DNA of 64,000 nucleotides from contig JBKPAK010000015.1 of NCBI GenBank assembly GCA_046726415.1, positions 1 through 64,000 of the forward strand. The letters are read 5' to 3'. Positions 38,882 through 48,741 of the stretch are shown in pieces (position 1 is the first letter of the stretch; every line of letters starts with the position of its first letter). The stretch comes from Candidatus Methylomirabilota bacterium (lineage in GTDB: Bacteria > Methylomirabilota > Methylomirabilia > Rokubacteriales > CSP1-6). The notes under the pieces were generated by a model. The model saw nothing but the letters and a program-made list of their open reading frames with translations, did no database searches and was not told the origin of the DNA. Position numbers and translations under genes: made by a program.

Positions 38882-41239
38882 ATGAGTGAACCTATCGTCG
38901 TCGAAACGTTCGCCGTCGGGCAGTCGGTGCGGCGCCTGGAGGATCCGCGCCTCCTCCAAGGTCTCGGCCGCTATTCGGACGACGTGAGCCTCCCGCGCGA
39001 GGTCTACGTCGTGATCGTGCGCTCGCCTCACGCGCACGCGCGCATCCGGGGCGTGGATGCCTCCGCCGCGCTGGCCGCGCCGGGCGTCCTTGCCGTCCTC
39101 ACCGGCGCCGACGCCGCCGCCGACGGCCTGGGCAATCTGCCCACAGATTCCTCGCGCAAGCGGCGCGACGGGTCGCCGGCCTTCACCACGCCGCGGCCGG
39201 CGCTGGCCCGCGAGCGCGTGCGCCACGTCGGCGATCCGGTGGCCCTCGTCGTCGCCGCGACGCGGGAAGGTGCCGCCGACGCCGCCGCCCTGGTGGCCGT
39301 CGACTATGAGCCGCTGCCTTCGGTGGCAGCGACGGCGGAGGCCAGCCGTCCTGGCGCCCCCGCCGTCTGGGACCAGGCGCCTGACAACGTGGCCTTCGTG
39401 TGGGAGGCCGGGCAACGCGACGCGGTCGCGCAGGCCTTTGAGCGGGCTGCCCATATCACCCGGCTCGACTTCGTGGTGACCCGCGTGGCCGCCGCTCCGC
39501 TCGAGCCTCGGGCCGCCGTGGGCGAGTACGACCGGCGCACCGGTCGCTACACCTTGCACACGGGTATCCAGGCGCCCCACGGGCTCCGGACCTTGCTCGC
39601 CGACGTCCTGCGGGTGCCGCACAGCCAGGTCCGCGTCGTGACCGGCGAGGTCGGCGGCAGCTTCGGGATGCGCAGCGGCATCTACCCGGAGATGGTGCTC
39701 GTACTATGGGCAGCCCGGCGGCTCGGCCGGCCGGTGAAGTGGACGGCGGACCGGCGTGAAGGATTCGTGACCGACGAGCACGGCCGAGACAACGTCTCGA
39801 CGTCGGAGTTGGCCCTCGACCCGGACGGGAAGTTCCTGGCCCTGCGAGTGGCCATTACCCTCAACATCGGCGCGTACTTCACGCCGCGCAGCGCGGGGCC
39901 GGGCACCAACAACGTCGGCGGCATCGCCGGCGTGTACACGACGCCAGCCATTCACGTTCAGACCACAGGGGTGTACAGCAACACCACGCCCACCGGGCCA
40001 TATCGCGGCGCCGGCCGTCCCGAAGCCACATACGCCATCGAGCGGGTCATCGACGTGGCCGCGCGTGAGCTGGGGCTCGATCCCCTGGAGTTGCGCCGCC
40101 GCAACCTGATCCCGGCCTCGGCTATGCCCTTCAAAACGGGTCTCATCTTCACCTACGACTGCGGCGACTTCTCCCGCAGCATGGAGATGGCCCTGACGCT
40201 TGCCGACCACACTGGTTTCGAGCAGCGGCGGAAAGAAGCCCGGGCCCGCGGCAAGCTGTTGGGGCTGGGCATCGCCAACCCCATCGAGGTGGCCGGGGGG
40301 CCGTACACGTCCGTCAATCCGGACACCGCCCAGGTGCGCGTCAACGCCGATGGCTCGGTCTCCCTCTTCACCGGCTCGACGTCGATGGGACAGGGCAACG
40401 AGACGGCCTTCGCCCAGATCGTCAGCGACCGGCTCGGCGTGCCGCCCGAGCGAATCCAGGTGTTCTGGGGTGACAGTGACGCGCTCGGCGCTGGCCGCGG
40501 CAACGGTGGCTCGGGCGCGCTTACCGTGGGTGGGTCGGCCGTGATGCGGGCGACGGAGCGCGTGATCGAGCGCGGTCGCCGCATCGCCGCCCGCATGCTG
40601 GAAGCCGCGCCGGAGGACGTGGCCCTCCGCGACGGGCGCTTCACGGTGGCGGGAACCGACCGGGGAGTGACCTTCGCCAGCGTGGCCCGCACCGCCTACC
40701 AGCCGCGGCAGCTTCCCGCGGGGATGGAGCCCGGCTTCAGCGAGACGGCGGCATTTACCCCCCCCGCCGTCACCTTTCCCAACGGCTGCCAGGTGTGTGA
40801 GGTCGAGATCGACCCGGAGACGGGGGTGGTGCGCATCGTACGCCATGCCGTCGTGGACGATGTGGGCCACATGGTAAATCCCATGTTGGTGCAGGGCCAG
40901 ATCCACGGTGGTCTGGTGCAGGGCCTCGGCCAGGGGCTCTTCGAGGAACTCACCTACGACGCCGACACCGGCCAGCTCCACACGGCCTCCTTCATGGACT
41001 ACGCGATGCCTCGCGCCGACGACGTGCCCGCGTTCGACGTGGACCACCACGAGGTTCCGACCAAGGTCAACCCCCTCGGCGCCAAAGGCGTGGGCGAAGC
41101 CGGCACGGTCGGAGCCCTGCCGGCTTTGCTCAACGCCGTGAACGACGCGCTGGCTCCGCTCGGGGTGCGCCACCTCGACATGCCGGTGACGCCCGAGCGC
41201 GTCTGGCGGGCGATTCAGGACGCCCGGGCGCGCCCCTGA
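38882..41239 (+). CDS. Xanthine dehydrogenase family molybdopterin-binding (large) subunit
   Basis: RSPHAHA, GGSFG, PYRGAGRPEA, GQGNET, GQIHGG, AKGVGEAG. Confidence 0.92.
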   Translation: MSEPIVVETFAVGQSVRRLEDPRLLQGLGRYSDDVSLPREVYVVIVRSPHAHARIRGVDASAALAAPGVLAVLTGADAAADGLGNLPTDSSRKRRDGSPAFTTPRPALARERVRHVGDPVALVVAATREGAADAAALVAVDYEPLPSVAATAEASRPGAPAVWDQAPDNVAFVWEAGQRDAVAQAFERAAHITRLDFVVTRVAAAPLEPRAAVGEYDRRTGRYTLHTGIQAPHGLRTLLADVLRVPHSQVRVVTGEVGGSFGMRSGIYPEMVLVLWAARRLGRPVKWTADRREGFVTDEHGRDNVSTSELALDPDGKFLALRVAITLNIGAYFTPRSAGPGTNNVGGIAGVYTTPAIHVQTTGVYSNTTPTGPYRGAGRPEATYAIERVIDVAARELGLDPLELRRRNLIPASAMPFKTGLIFTYDCGDFSRSMEMALTLADHTGFEQRRKEARARGKLLGLGIANPIEVAGGPYTSVNPDTAQVRVNADGSVSLFTGSTSMGQGNETAFAQIVSDRLGVPPERIQVFWGDSDALGAGRGNGGSGALTVGGSAVMRATERVIERGRRIAARMLEAAPEDVALRDGRFTVAGTDRGVTFASVARTAYQPRQLPAGMEPGFSETAAFTPPAVTFPNGCQVCEVEIDPETGVVRIVRHAVVDDVGHMVNPMLVQGQIHGGLVQGLGQGLFEELTYDADTGQLHTASFMDYAMPRADDVPAFDVDHHEVPTKVNPLGAKGVGEAGTVGALPALLNAVNDALAPLGVRHLDMPVTPERVWRAIQDARARP

Positions 41240-41262
41240 CGAGCGGATCAAGAACGACGCGC

Positions 41263-42303
41263 GTGCCCCCCGCGACCGCGTTCGACCCGAGCGAGGCGGA
41301 GGCCCTCATCGCCATGCTGGCCCACCTCGAAGGGATGACGCCGCCGCTCGCCATGCCGGCGCTGCCCCGAGGCTGGACGCTCGTCTTCGACTCTCCGGTC
41401 CTCGGCGCCTTCGATAACAAGTGGCAGCTCTGGCGCCAGGACACCGATCCGCCGCGGTTCGCGGTGGCCATCCGGGGGACGGTGACGAAGGCGCGCAGCA
41501 TCCTGGCCGACGTACTGTCCGTGATGATCCGTGGCTCGGGGTCGGTGGCGGTCGATGGCTTGAGGTTCTCGTACCGGTTCGCCACCGATCCACACGCTGC
41601 CGTGCATCTCGGCTTCGCGCTCGCCGCGCTCATCCTGCTTCACGAGCCGCGCGACGGCATCCTGCCCCAGCTCCTCGCGGCGTGCCCTCCCGGCAGCGAG
41701 GTGCTGATCTCGGGCCACAGCCAGGGAGCGGCGGTCGCCACGCTCTGCCGATCGTATCTGGAGTATGCGGAGATCGCGGGAGCGCGCTGGCGCTACCGGG
41801 CTTATCTCGTCGCCCAGCCGAAGCCCGGTAACGATCACTATGGGTACGACTTCGAACGCCTGACGAGCCAGCCACCTAGCGCGTGGCGGATCACCAATAC
41901 GCTGGACTGGGTACCCCAGGTACCACTCACCTTCGAGTTCCCGGGCCAGCTCAACGAACCCAATCCGCTCGACGTGCTCACCGAGCCCGAGCGGGCCCTG
42001 GTCCACATGGCTGAGTCGGTCGTGCGCGCGCTCCACGAGCACGCGAAACGCACCCAGCTCGAGAGCGTGCAGCCGCAGGCCTCGCATCTCGCGCAGATCA
42101 TGCGCGGGCAACGCTTGGTGCCGACCGCGGCGGCCGAGACCCCTTTCGACCTCGGTATCGTCTGGGACTTCAACTTCGGCGGCTGCGGGATTCCGGTCGT
42201 TCTCGAAGGCGCCCCGGCGATCAACCCGAACGACCCCCACGATGCGTTCTGGCAGCACCACGCCGCTATGTACTACGACCTGATCCGGAGGATGTACCTG
42301 TGA
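41263..42303 (+). CDS. Class 3 lipase-like alpha/beta hydrolase
   Basis: VAIRGT, VHLGF, GHSQGAA nucleophile elbow, DWVPQVP. Confidence 0.8.
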   Translation: MPPATAFDPSEAEALIAMLAHLEGMTPPLAMPALPRGWTLVFDSPVLGAFDNKWQLWRQDTDPPRFAVAIRGTVTKARSILADVLSVMIRGSGSVAVDGLRFSYRFATDPHAAVHLGFALAALILLHEPRDGILPQLLAACPPGSEVLISGHSQGAAVATLCRSYLEYAEIAGARWRYRAYLVAQPKPGNDHYGYDFERLTSQPPSAWRITNTLDWVPQVPLTFEFPGQLNEPNPLDVLTEPERALVHMAESVVRALHEHAKRTQLESVQPQASHLAQIMRGQRLVPTAAAETPFDLGIVWDFNFGGCGIPVVLEGAPAINPNDPHDAFWQHHAAMYYDLIRRMYL

Positions 42304-42333
42304 CCTTGCGGTGCGGACGGGTCGCCGTGGTGG

Positions 42334-43128
42334 TCACCGCCCCTTGAACTGGGGGCGTCGCTTTTCCGAGAAAGCCTTCACGCCCTCCTGGTAGTCCTCG
42401 CTGTTGAAGCAGTCCCCGATGAGCTTGTCCAGCAGCGCCAGGTCGCGCTGATCGGTAGGCCGCAGCAGTTGGTCCACGTTTGCTTTGGCGGAGCGCAGGG
42501 TGAGGGGAGCGTTCCGCGCCATGGTCTGTGCATAGTCGCGCGTGAAGCTCTCCAACTCCGCCTTGGGGACCACCTGGTTCACCAGCCCCATGCGGAGCGC
42601 GTCCGGGGCGCTGAAGTCGGTACGGGCCGTGAAGAACAACTCCTTGGTGTACGAGGGCCCGATCAGCTTCATCAGTTTTTCCATGCCCTTGTAGTGGTAG
42701 CCCAGGCCGAGGCGCGCAGCGGGGATCCCGAAGCGCGCGTCGTCGGCCGCGATGCGCATGTCACAGGTGATGGCGATGCTGACCCCGCCGCCGATGCAGA
42801 AGCCGTGGATCATGGCGAGGAGCGGTTTGCTCAGCGCGGCCAGCGCCTCCTGCCCGCGCGCCGAGATGCGACCGTACTCCTCCTCGTCGGCCATGTTGCG
42901 CCGCCGCTCCTTGAACTGCGAGATGTCAGCGCCGGCCACGAAGGCCTGGTCGCCGGCCCCGCGCAGGATGACGACGCGGATCGCGTCATCCGCGGTCAGC
43001 TCCTGCACGTATCCGGGCATGAGCTGCCACATCTCCTGGCTCACCGCGTTGCGCTTCTCGGGCTGGTTGAAGACGATCCAACCGATCGGTCCGTCCCTTT
43101 CCAGCAGCAGCTTCGGCGCTTCACTCAT
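42334..43128 (-). CDS. Enoyl-CoA hydratase/isomerase
   Basis: AFVAGADISQF, GFCIGGG, CDMRIA, EGVKAFSEKRRP. Confidence 0.92.
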   Translation of the reverse strand: MSEAPKLLLERDGPIGWIVFNQPEKRNAVSQEMWQLMPGYVQELTADDAIRVVILRGAGDQAFVAGADISQFKERRRNMADEEEYGRISARGQEALAALSKPLLAMIHGFCIGGGVSIAITCDMRIAADDARFGIPAARLGLGYHYKGMEKLMKLIGPSYTKELFFTARTDFSAPDALRMGLVNQVVPKAELESFTRDYAQTMARNAPLTLRSAKANVDQLLRPTDQRDLALLDKLIGDCFNSEDYQEGVKAFSEKRRPQFKGR

Positions 43129-43303
43129 GGTCGGTCTCCCTCGTGGCAGAACATGACGTCGAGGGACGGTGTATCGCGTCCGCGGCCCCGGCGCAAGCCC
43201 CGTCGAGGCACCGTATCCGCCCGCGCTTGCCGGGCCGACTTATGAGGACGTATTCTCCCGGCACGGTGAGGAAGCGGCCCCCCGAGCACCACGAGCGTTT
43301 CCG

Positions 43304-44554
43304 ATGACAGATATGGGACATACGGGCTCCTCGGCTGAGGCCGCGGATCCCAAGGCTCTCCAGGCGGCGCTGGTCGAAACCCTGCGCGCGAAGGGCTGCC
43401 TCGGCTCTGCGGCGATCGCGGAGGCGTTCGCCGCGGTGCCGCGCCACCTCTTTGTTCCCGACGTGCCACTCGGGGAGGCGTATACCGACCGCTGGATTGC
43501 CACCAAACGCCTGCCCGATGGCGAAGTCGTGAGCTCCTCCTCCCAGCCCGAGATCATGGCCATCATGCTGGAGCAGCTCGACGTGCGGCCTGGCCACCGC
43601 GTCCTCGAGATTGGCGCCGGTACAGGCTACAACGCCGCCCTGCTCGCACACCTCGTGGGTGCCGGCGGATGCGTCACCGCGGTCGACATCGACGAAGACA
43701 TCGTGGCCGCGGCGCGGGCGCACCTGCAGACGGTCGGCGCGACCGGTGTTCGCGTCGTGCACACAGACGGCTGGGCGGGCGAGGCCAATGGTGCTCCCTA
43801 CGACCGACTGGTCCTCACCGTGGGGGCTCACGACATCTCGCCAGCCTGGCGCGCGCAGCTCGCGCCGGGCGGGCGCCTCCTCCTTCCGCTGCAGCTCCCT
43901 GCGGTACAGGCGTCAGTCGCCTTCGACGAGCGTGGCGGTGCGCTGGAAAGCGTTTCCGTTCGCCCATGCGCGTTCATGCGCCTCCGGGGCGCCTCGGCGA
44001 TTCCGATGCGACCGGTCGCCGTTGGCCCTGAGCCAGCACCTGCGGTATGGCCGCGCGGGACCCATACGGTGGACGGTGAGGCCGTCCACGCGCTCCTTCA
44101 GGCCCCGGGCGACGATCTGGCCACGGCGCTGGTGGTGCCCGTGCGCTCTCTGTATGACGGGCTGATCGCGTGGCTCGGGCTCCACGAATCGACCTCGGCG
44201 TGGTTCACCGCACAGGGTGCGGCCCTGGCGGCCGGGCTCGTACCGGCCTTTGTCGGCGGCAGCGACGAGTCCGCCAGCACCTTCGGCTTCTTCGAGTCAG
44301 ACGGAGTCGGCCTGTTCGCCCGTGCCGCGGTCACGCCGGATGGCCGCGTGTCCATTGGCATCCGCGCACACGGCAATCCCCTGGTTGGCGAGCGATTGCG
44401 CGCCGCCACCTTGGCGTGGAACGAGGCCGGACGGCCGACCTTGGCGCGCCTTCGCGTCCGCGCGTATCCGATCGAGTCTCCGTACGATCCGAGAGCGGGC
44501 GACATCGCGCTCCTGCGCCCGTGCACCCGGCTTGTCCTTGACTGGCCGTCATGA
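43304..44554 (+). CDS. Protein-L-isoaspartate O-methyltransferase-like enzyme with C-terminal extension (FxLD/PAMT-type)
   Basis: VPRHLFVP, SSSSQPEIMAIMLEQL, VLEIGAGTGYNAALL, FMRLRG, then ~190 extra residues. Confidence 0.85.
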   Translation: MTDMGHTGSSAEAADPKALQAALVETLRAKGCLGSAAIAEAFAAVPRHLFVPDVPLGEAYTDRWIATKRLPDGEVVSSSSQPEIMAIMLEQLDVRPGHRVLEIGAGTGYNAALLAHLVGAGGCVTAVDIDEDIVAAARAHLQTVGATGVRVVHTDGWAGEANGAPYDRLVLTVGAHDISPAWRAQLAPGGRLLLPLQLPAVQASVAFDERGGALESVSVRPCAFMRLRGASAIPMRPVAVGPEPAPAVWPRGTHTVDGEAVHALLQAPGDDLATALVVPVRSLYDGLIAWLGLHESTSAWFTAQGAALAAGLVPAFVGGSDESASTFGFFESDGVGLFARAAVTPDGRVSIGIRAHGNPLVGERLRAATLAWNEAGRPTLARLRVRAYPIESPYDPRAGDIALLRPCTRLVLDWPS

Positions 44555-44578
44555 TTCACCGACTGGAGGGTGCGGGCG

Positions 44579-44791
44579 GTGAATGACTCCCAGAGTTGTC
44601 CCTGGGACGGCCGATGCCTCCCGCAGAGTTGCACCTGGGATGGCCGATGCCTCCCGCAGACGGTGAGCGCGCGGCGTCGACCGTGCCCGGTCGAGGTCGC
44701 GGGGTGTCAGCCGCGCGGCTCGCGGTATGCTCGAAGGCCGGTAGGCCGCGGTGCGGCTGTCGTTGCACATGAAAGGAGCCATCGACGATGA
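44579..44791 (+). CDS. Possible small Cys-rich peptide with a duplicated QSCxWDGRCLP unit
   Basis: GTG 44579 nine nt after GGAGG; 70 aa; stop overlaps the ATG of the next gene. Confidence 0.3.
   Translation: MNDSQSCPWDGRCLPQSCTWDGRCLPQTVSARRRPCPVEVAGCQPRGSRYARRPVGRGAAVVAHERSHRR
44591..44660 (+). repeat. Tandem repeat, 2 x 33 bp plus a partial copy
   Basis: CAGAGTTGTCCCTGGGACGGCCGATGCCTCCCG / CAGAGTTGCACCTGGGATGGCCGATGCCTCCCG (30/33). Confidence 0.9.
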
Positions 44792-45750
44792 AAGCGATCC
44801 GCGTGTCCGAGTACGGCGGCCCCGCCGTCCTGAAGCTGGAGGAGCTCCCCGCGCCCCAGCCCGGCCCCAACCAGGTGCTCGTCCGGAACCACGCCGTCGG
44901 CGTGAATCCGGTCGACACCTACCTGAGGTCGAACACCGACAACCGTGGTCCGAAGCTCCCCTACACCCCCGGATCCGACGCCGCGGGGGTCGTGGAGGCG
45001 GTCGGCGCCGGCGTCACCGCGGTCAAGGCCGGCGATCGCGTCTACATGGGCGGCACCGTCACCGGCGCTTACGCCGAGCTGTCGATCTGCGACCAGGTCC
45101 AGGTCCACTCGCTACCGGCCAACGCCAGCTTCGCGCAGGGCGCCGGGGTCAACGTGCCCTATGCCACCGCCTTCCACGCGCTCTTCCACCGCGCGCATGG
45201 TGAGTCAGGCGAGACGGTCCTGGTGCACGGCGCGAGCGGCGGCGTTGGCATCGGGGCAGTCCAGCTCGCGCGAGCGCGCGGTCTCACCGTGATCGGCACG
45301 GCCGGGACGGAGCGCGGGCGGCGGCTGGTCGCCGAGCAAGGCGCTCACCACGTGCTCGACCACAACGCGCCGGAGTACCTGAAAGAAGTGACGGATCTCA
45401 CCGGCGGGCGCGGTCCCGACGTCATTCTCGAGATGCTCGCCAACGTCAACCTCCAGAAGGATCTCGGGGTCATCGCCATGCGCGGGCGGATCGTGGTCAT
45501 CGGCAACCGCGGAAACGTCGAGATCAACGCGCGCTTGGCCATGAACAAGAACGCGGCGATCCTCGGCATGGCCCTCGGCCACGCTTCGCCGGCCCAGCTC
45601 GCAGGGATCCACGCCGCCCTCGTGGAGGGGCTTCGCAACGGGTCGCTGCGCCCCGTGGTCGGGCAGGAGCTGCCGCTCGCCCAGGCCCCTCGGGCCCACG
45701 AGACCGTGATGGAGGCAGGCCACTACGGCAAGGTCGTGCTGGTCCCCTAG
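44788..45750 (+). CDS. NADPH:quinone reductase (zeta-crystallin-like MDR)
   Basis: GVNPVDTY, PYTPGSDAAG, HGASGGVG; AAGGAG RBS. Confidence 0.92.
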   Translation: MKAIRVSEYGGPAVLKLEELPAPQPGPNQVLVRNHAVGVNPVDTYLRSNTDNRGPKLPYTPGSDAAGVVEAVGAGVTAVKAGDRVYMGGTVTGAYAELSICDQVQVHSLPANASFAQGAGVNVPYATAFHALFHRAHGESGETVLVHGASGGVGIGAVQLARARGLTVIGTAGTERGRRLVAEQGAHHVLDHNAPEYLKEVTDLTGGRGPDVILEMLANVNLQKDLGVIAMRGRIVVIGNRGNVEINARLAMNKNAAILGMALGHASPAQLAGIHAALVEGLRNGSLRPVVGQELPLAQAPRAHETVMEAGHYGKVVLVP

Positions 45751-45770
45751 CAAGCGGGAGGCGACATCTC

Positions 45771-46694
45771 ATGAACGACACCCACCGCATCACCGGCGCG
45801 CTGTCGCCGGTCGTCACCCCCTTCGGGGCGGATCTCGCGCCCGACGCCGAGCGCTGGATCCGCCACTGCCGGTGGCTGCTCTCGCACAATGTCGGCCTCG
45901 CTGTCTTCGGGACGAACTCGGAGGCGAACTCGCTCTCGCTCGACGAGCGGATCGAGCTGCTCGATCGGCTGGTCGGCGCGGGCATCGACCCGGCCCGCAT
46001 GATGCCGGGCACGGGATGCTGCGCCCTGACTGAGTCCGTGCGCCTGACTGCGCACGCCGTGAAGCTCGGGTGCGCTGGCGTTCTGATGTTGCCGCCCTTC
46101 TACTACAAGGGCGTGTGCGACGATGGGTTGTTCCGCAACTTCGCCGAGATCATCGAGCGCGTGGGGGACGCTCGTCTGCGCGTCTATCTTTACCACATTC
46201 CGCCCGTCGCCCAAGTGTCGATCACCGTCGGGCTCGTCGAACGCCTCCTCAAGGCCTATCCGACTCAGACCGCCGGCATGAAGGACAGCTCCGGCGACTG
46301 GAGCAATACCAAAGCCTTCCTCCAGGCATTTGCCCGCGGCGGGTTCGACGTCTTCGCCGGCTCTGAGACCTTCTTGCTCCAGAACATGCGCCACGGCGGC
46401 GCGGGGTGCATCAGCGCCACCGCTAACGTCCACCCCGGTCCCATCGCTCATCTCTGCGACACGTGGCGGGGCTCGGACGCGGACATCCAGCAAGCCCGCC
46501 TCGACGAAATTCGCGGCGCGTTCCAGAGGTTGCCGATGATTCCCGCCCTCAAGGCGGCCATCGCGCACTACGGGGCCGATGTGTCGTGGGCGACCGTCCG
46601 TCCGCCGCTGGTCGCCCTGACGCCGGACCAGGCGACGGCGCTGGTCAGGGATCTCGATGAACGGAAATTTGCGATGCCGGGGCTGGGGCAATGA
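45771..46694 (+). CDS. Dihydrodipicolinate synthase/N-acetylneuraminate lyase family protein
   Basis: FGTNSE, LPPFYYK, YLYHIP, GMKDSSG. Confidence 0.88.
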   Translation: MNDTHRITGALSPVVTPFGADLAPDAERWIRHCRWLLSHNVGLAVFGTNSEANSLSLDERIELLDRLVGAGIDPARMMPGTGCCALTESVRLTAHAVKLGCAGVLMLPPFYYKGVCDDGLFRNFAEIIERVGDARLRVYLYHIPPVAQVSITVGLVERLLKAYPTQTAGMKDSSGDWSNTKAFLQAFARGGFDVFAGSETFLLQNMRHGGAGCISATANVHPGPIAHLCDTWRGSDADIQQARLDEIRGAFQRLPMIPALKAAIAHYGADVSWATVRPPLVALTPDQATALVRDLDERKFAMPGLGQ

Positions 46695-48730
46695 CCACCC
46701 CGGCCACCGGGAAGCACCTCGTTCGCACGATGTGCCCGATGAACTGCCACCCCACCCTGTGCGGCATGCTGGTCGAGGTCGAGGATGGCCAACTCCTCCG
46801 GGTGATGGGTGACAAGGAGAACCCCGACAGCCAGGGGTTCCTGTGCATTCGCGGCCAGGCCTCGCGCGAGATCATCGGCAACCCCACGCGCTTGCTCCAT
46901 CCATTGGTCCGCTCGCGACGGCGCGGCACATGGCTGCGGGCGACGTGGGACGAGGCGCTCGACCGCATCGCCGAGCGCATGCAGGCCGCCGGTCGCGAGT
47001 CCGTGGCCGTATGGTCGGGACACGGCTTCTTCGCCAACAACTACGGCACGCGAGTCAACTCCCACCTCCTGCGCCGGTTCGCCAACATCTACGGCTGCCA
47101 GTGGTGGAATCCCACCATGATCTGCTGGGGGCTGGGCGCCTTCGGCCTCGGCCTCACGGGTGTGCTGGAGACGAACACGAAGGAAGACATGGGAGCCCAC
47201 GCATCCTTCGTACTCCTGTGGGGCGCCAACCTCGCAAGCCAACCGAACACCGGCCGCCATCTGGCCGCGGCTAAGCATCGCGGGGCGCGGGTGGTCGCCG
47301 TCGACGTGCGGGAGACCGAGGCCACCGCGCAGGCGGACGAAACGCTGCTCGTCCGCCCCGGAACGGATGCCGCCCTCGCGCTGGCCCTCATGCACGTCAT
47401 CGTCGGCGAGGAACTCTACGACCGGCAGTTCGTGAATCGACACACGGCGGGCTTCGACGAGCTCTGTGCGCACGTGAAGAACTACTCACCGGCGTGGGCA
47501 GCGGACGTGACGGGGATCCGCGCCGAGCGCATCGCAGCGCTGGCCCGAGGCTACGCCACGGCGAAGCCCGCCATGATCGTGCTAGGCGGCAGCTCGATGC
47601 ACAAGGGCCCCAATGGCTGGACGGCGGCCCGCGCCATCGGGTGCCTCCCAGGGCTAACCGGCAATCTCGGGGTTCCGGGCGGGGGGTTCGGTCCGCGTCA
47701 CGGCAGCTCCGCCCACGGACAGGGGCTGGCCAGCATCATCGCGCTGGAGCGCCGTCCGCCCGGCCGCTACATCGCCAACCAGATGTCCAGCATCCTCGAC
47801 GGGCTTACCGACGGTCGCGTCCGTGCGCTGCTTCTGTTCGGGACGGACATGCTCTCCTCGTTCGCCGACGCTGGACGCGTCGCCGCGGGATTGGCCCGCC
47901 AGGATCTCGTGGTGAGCTACGAGCTGTTCATGCACGACACGGCGCGGCGCTTCGCCGACATCGTCCTGCCCAGCACATCCTGGCTCGAGGAGCTGGGGTG
48001 TAAGAGCACCAATACGCATCTGTATCTCATGCCCAAGGTGCTCGATCCGCCGGGAGAGGCGCGCTCGGGCACGTGGGTCCTGAGGGAGCTGGCTCGGCGC
48101 CTCGACCTGGAAGACTTCTATCCGTGGGCGTCCGAGGAAGGGCTCCTCGACACACTGCTCGATCATCCTTCGACGGGACGGGCCACCGTGGCGGCCTTGC
48201 GCGCCGAGGGAGGAATGCGGGCGCTCAATATCTCCCATGTGGCGTACCCAGAGCGCGCCTTCGATACGCCATCGGGCAAGGTGGAGTTCGTCTCCGAACG
48301 CGCGCGAGCGCTCGGTCTCTCGGCCCTTCCGGGGTGGGATGCGCCTCCGCCGTCGCCCTATCCACTCACCTTTCAGCAAGGCCGCACGCTCGCCCATTTT
48401 CACAGCTTCTTCGACCACGGGCGCGCCCTCCCCTCCCTGGCCAAGGCCGATGCCGAGCCTGCCCTCTGGATCTCGCCAGCCGACGCCGAGCGGCGCGGGT
48501 TGACGCACGGCGCGACCATCTGCATCTACAACGAGCGCGGCGAGTTCCGGGCGCGCGCGCACGTCACCGACAAGATCCAGCCAGGGACGGTCTGGATGCG
48601 CGACGGTTGGGAGGGACTGAACCGCCTGACGTCGGGCGACGCCGTACTGCCCGACGAGGCCGTCGACGTCTTTCACTTCTCGGCCGGTCAGTCGACCTTC
48701 GACGCCCGCGTGGAGGTGGCGCTGGCCTGA
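46691..48730 (+). CDS. Molybdopterin-dependent oxidoreductase (DMSO reductase superfamily), cytoplasmic
   Basis: CPMNCHPTLC..C Fe-S motif, RPGTDAALA, ADIVLP, TPSGKVEF; no Tat signal. Confidence 0.9.
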   Translation: MTTPATGKHLVRTMCPMNCHPTLCGMLVEVEDGQLLRVMGDKENPDSQGFLCIRGQASREIIGNPTRLLHPLVRSRRRGTWLRATWDEALDRIAERMQAAGRESVAVWSGHGFFANNYGTRVNSHLLRRFANIYGCQWWNPTMICWGLGAFGLGLTGVLETNTKEDMGAHASFVLLWGANLASQPNTGRHLAAAKHRGARVVAVDVRETEATAQADETLLVRPGTDAALALALMHVIVGEELYDRQFVNRHTAGFDELCAHVKNYSPAWAADVTGIRAERIAALARGYATAKPAMIVLGGSSMHKGPNGWTAARAIGCLPGLTGNLGVPGGGFGPRHGSSAHGQGLASIIALERRPPGRYIANQMSSILDGLTDGRVRALLLFGTDMLSSFADAGRVAAGLARQDLVVSYELFMHDTARRFADIVLPSTSWLEELGCKSTNTHLYLMPKVLDPPGEARSGTWVLRELARRLDLEDFYPWASEEGLLDTLLDHPSTGRATVAALRAEGGMRALNISHVAYPERAFDTPSGKVEFVSERARALGLSALPGWDAPPPSPYPLTFQQGRTLAHFHSFFDHGRALPSLAKADAEPALWISPADAERRGLTHGATICIYNERGEFRARAHVTDKIQPGTVWMRDGWEGLNRLTSGDAVLPDEAVDVFHFSAGQSTFDARVEVALA

Positions 48731-48741
48731 GCTGCGCGACC

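Noticed and set aside
38882-41239. Aerobic CO dehydrogenase CoxL
   Set aside because: The active-site loop is PYRGAGR, not the form I AYxCSFR, and there are no coxM/coxS or accessory genes.
43304-44554. FxLD lanthipeptide gene cluster
   Set aside because: No LanB/LanC/LanM genes or FxLD precursor in the window.
45771-46694. dapA assignment
   Set aside because: The motif deviates (GTNSE) and the context is not lysine biosynthesis; kept at family level.
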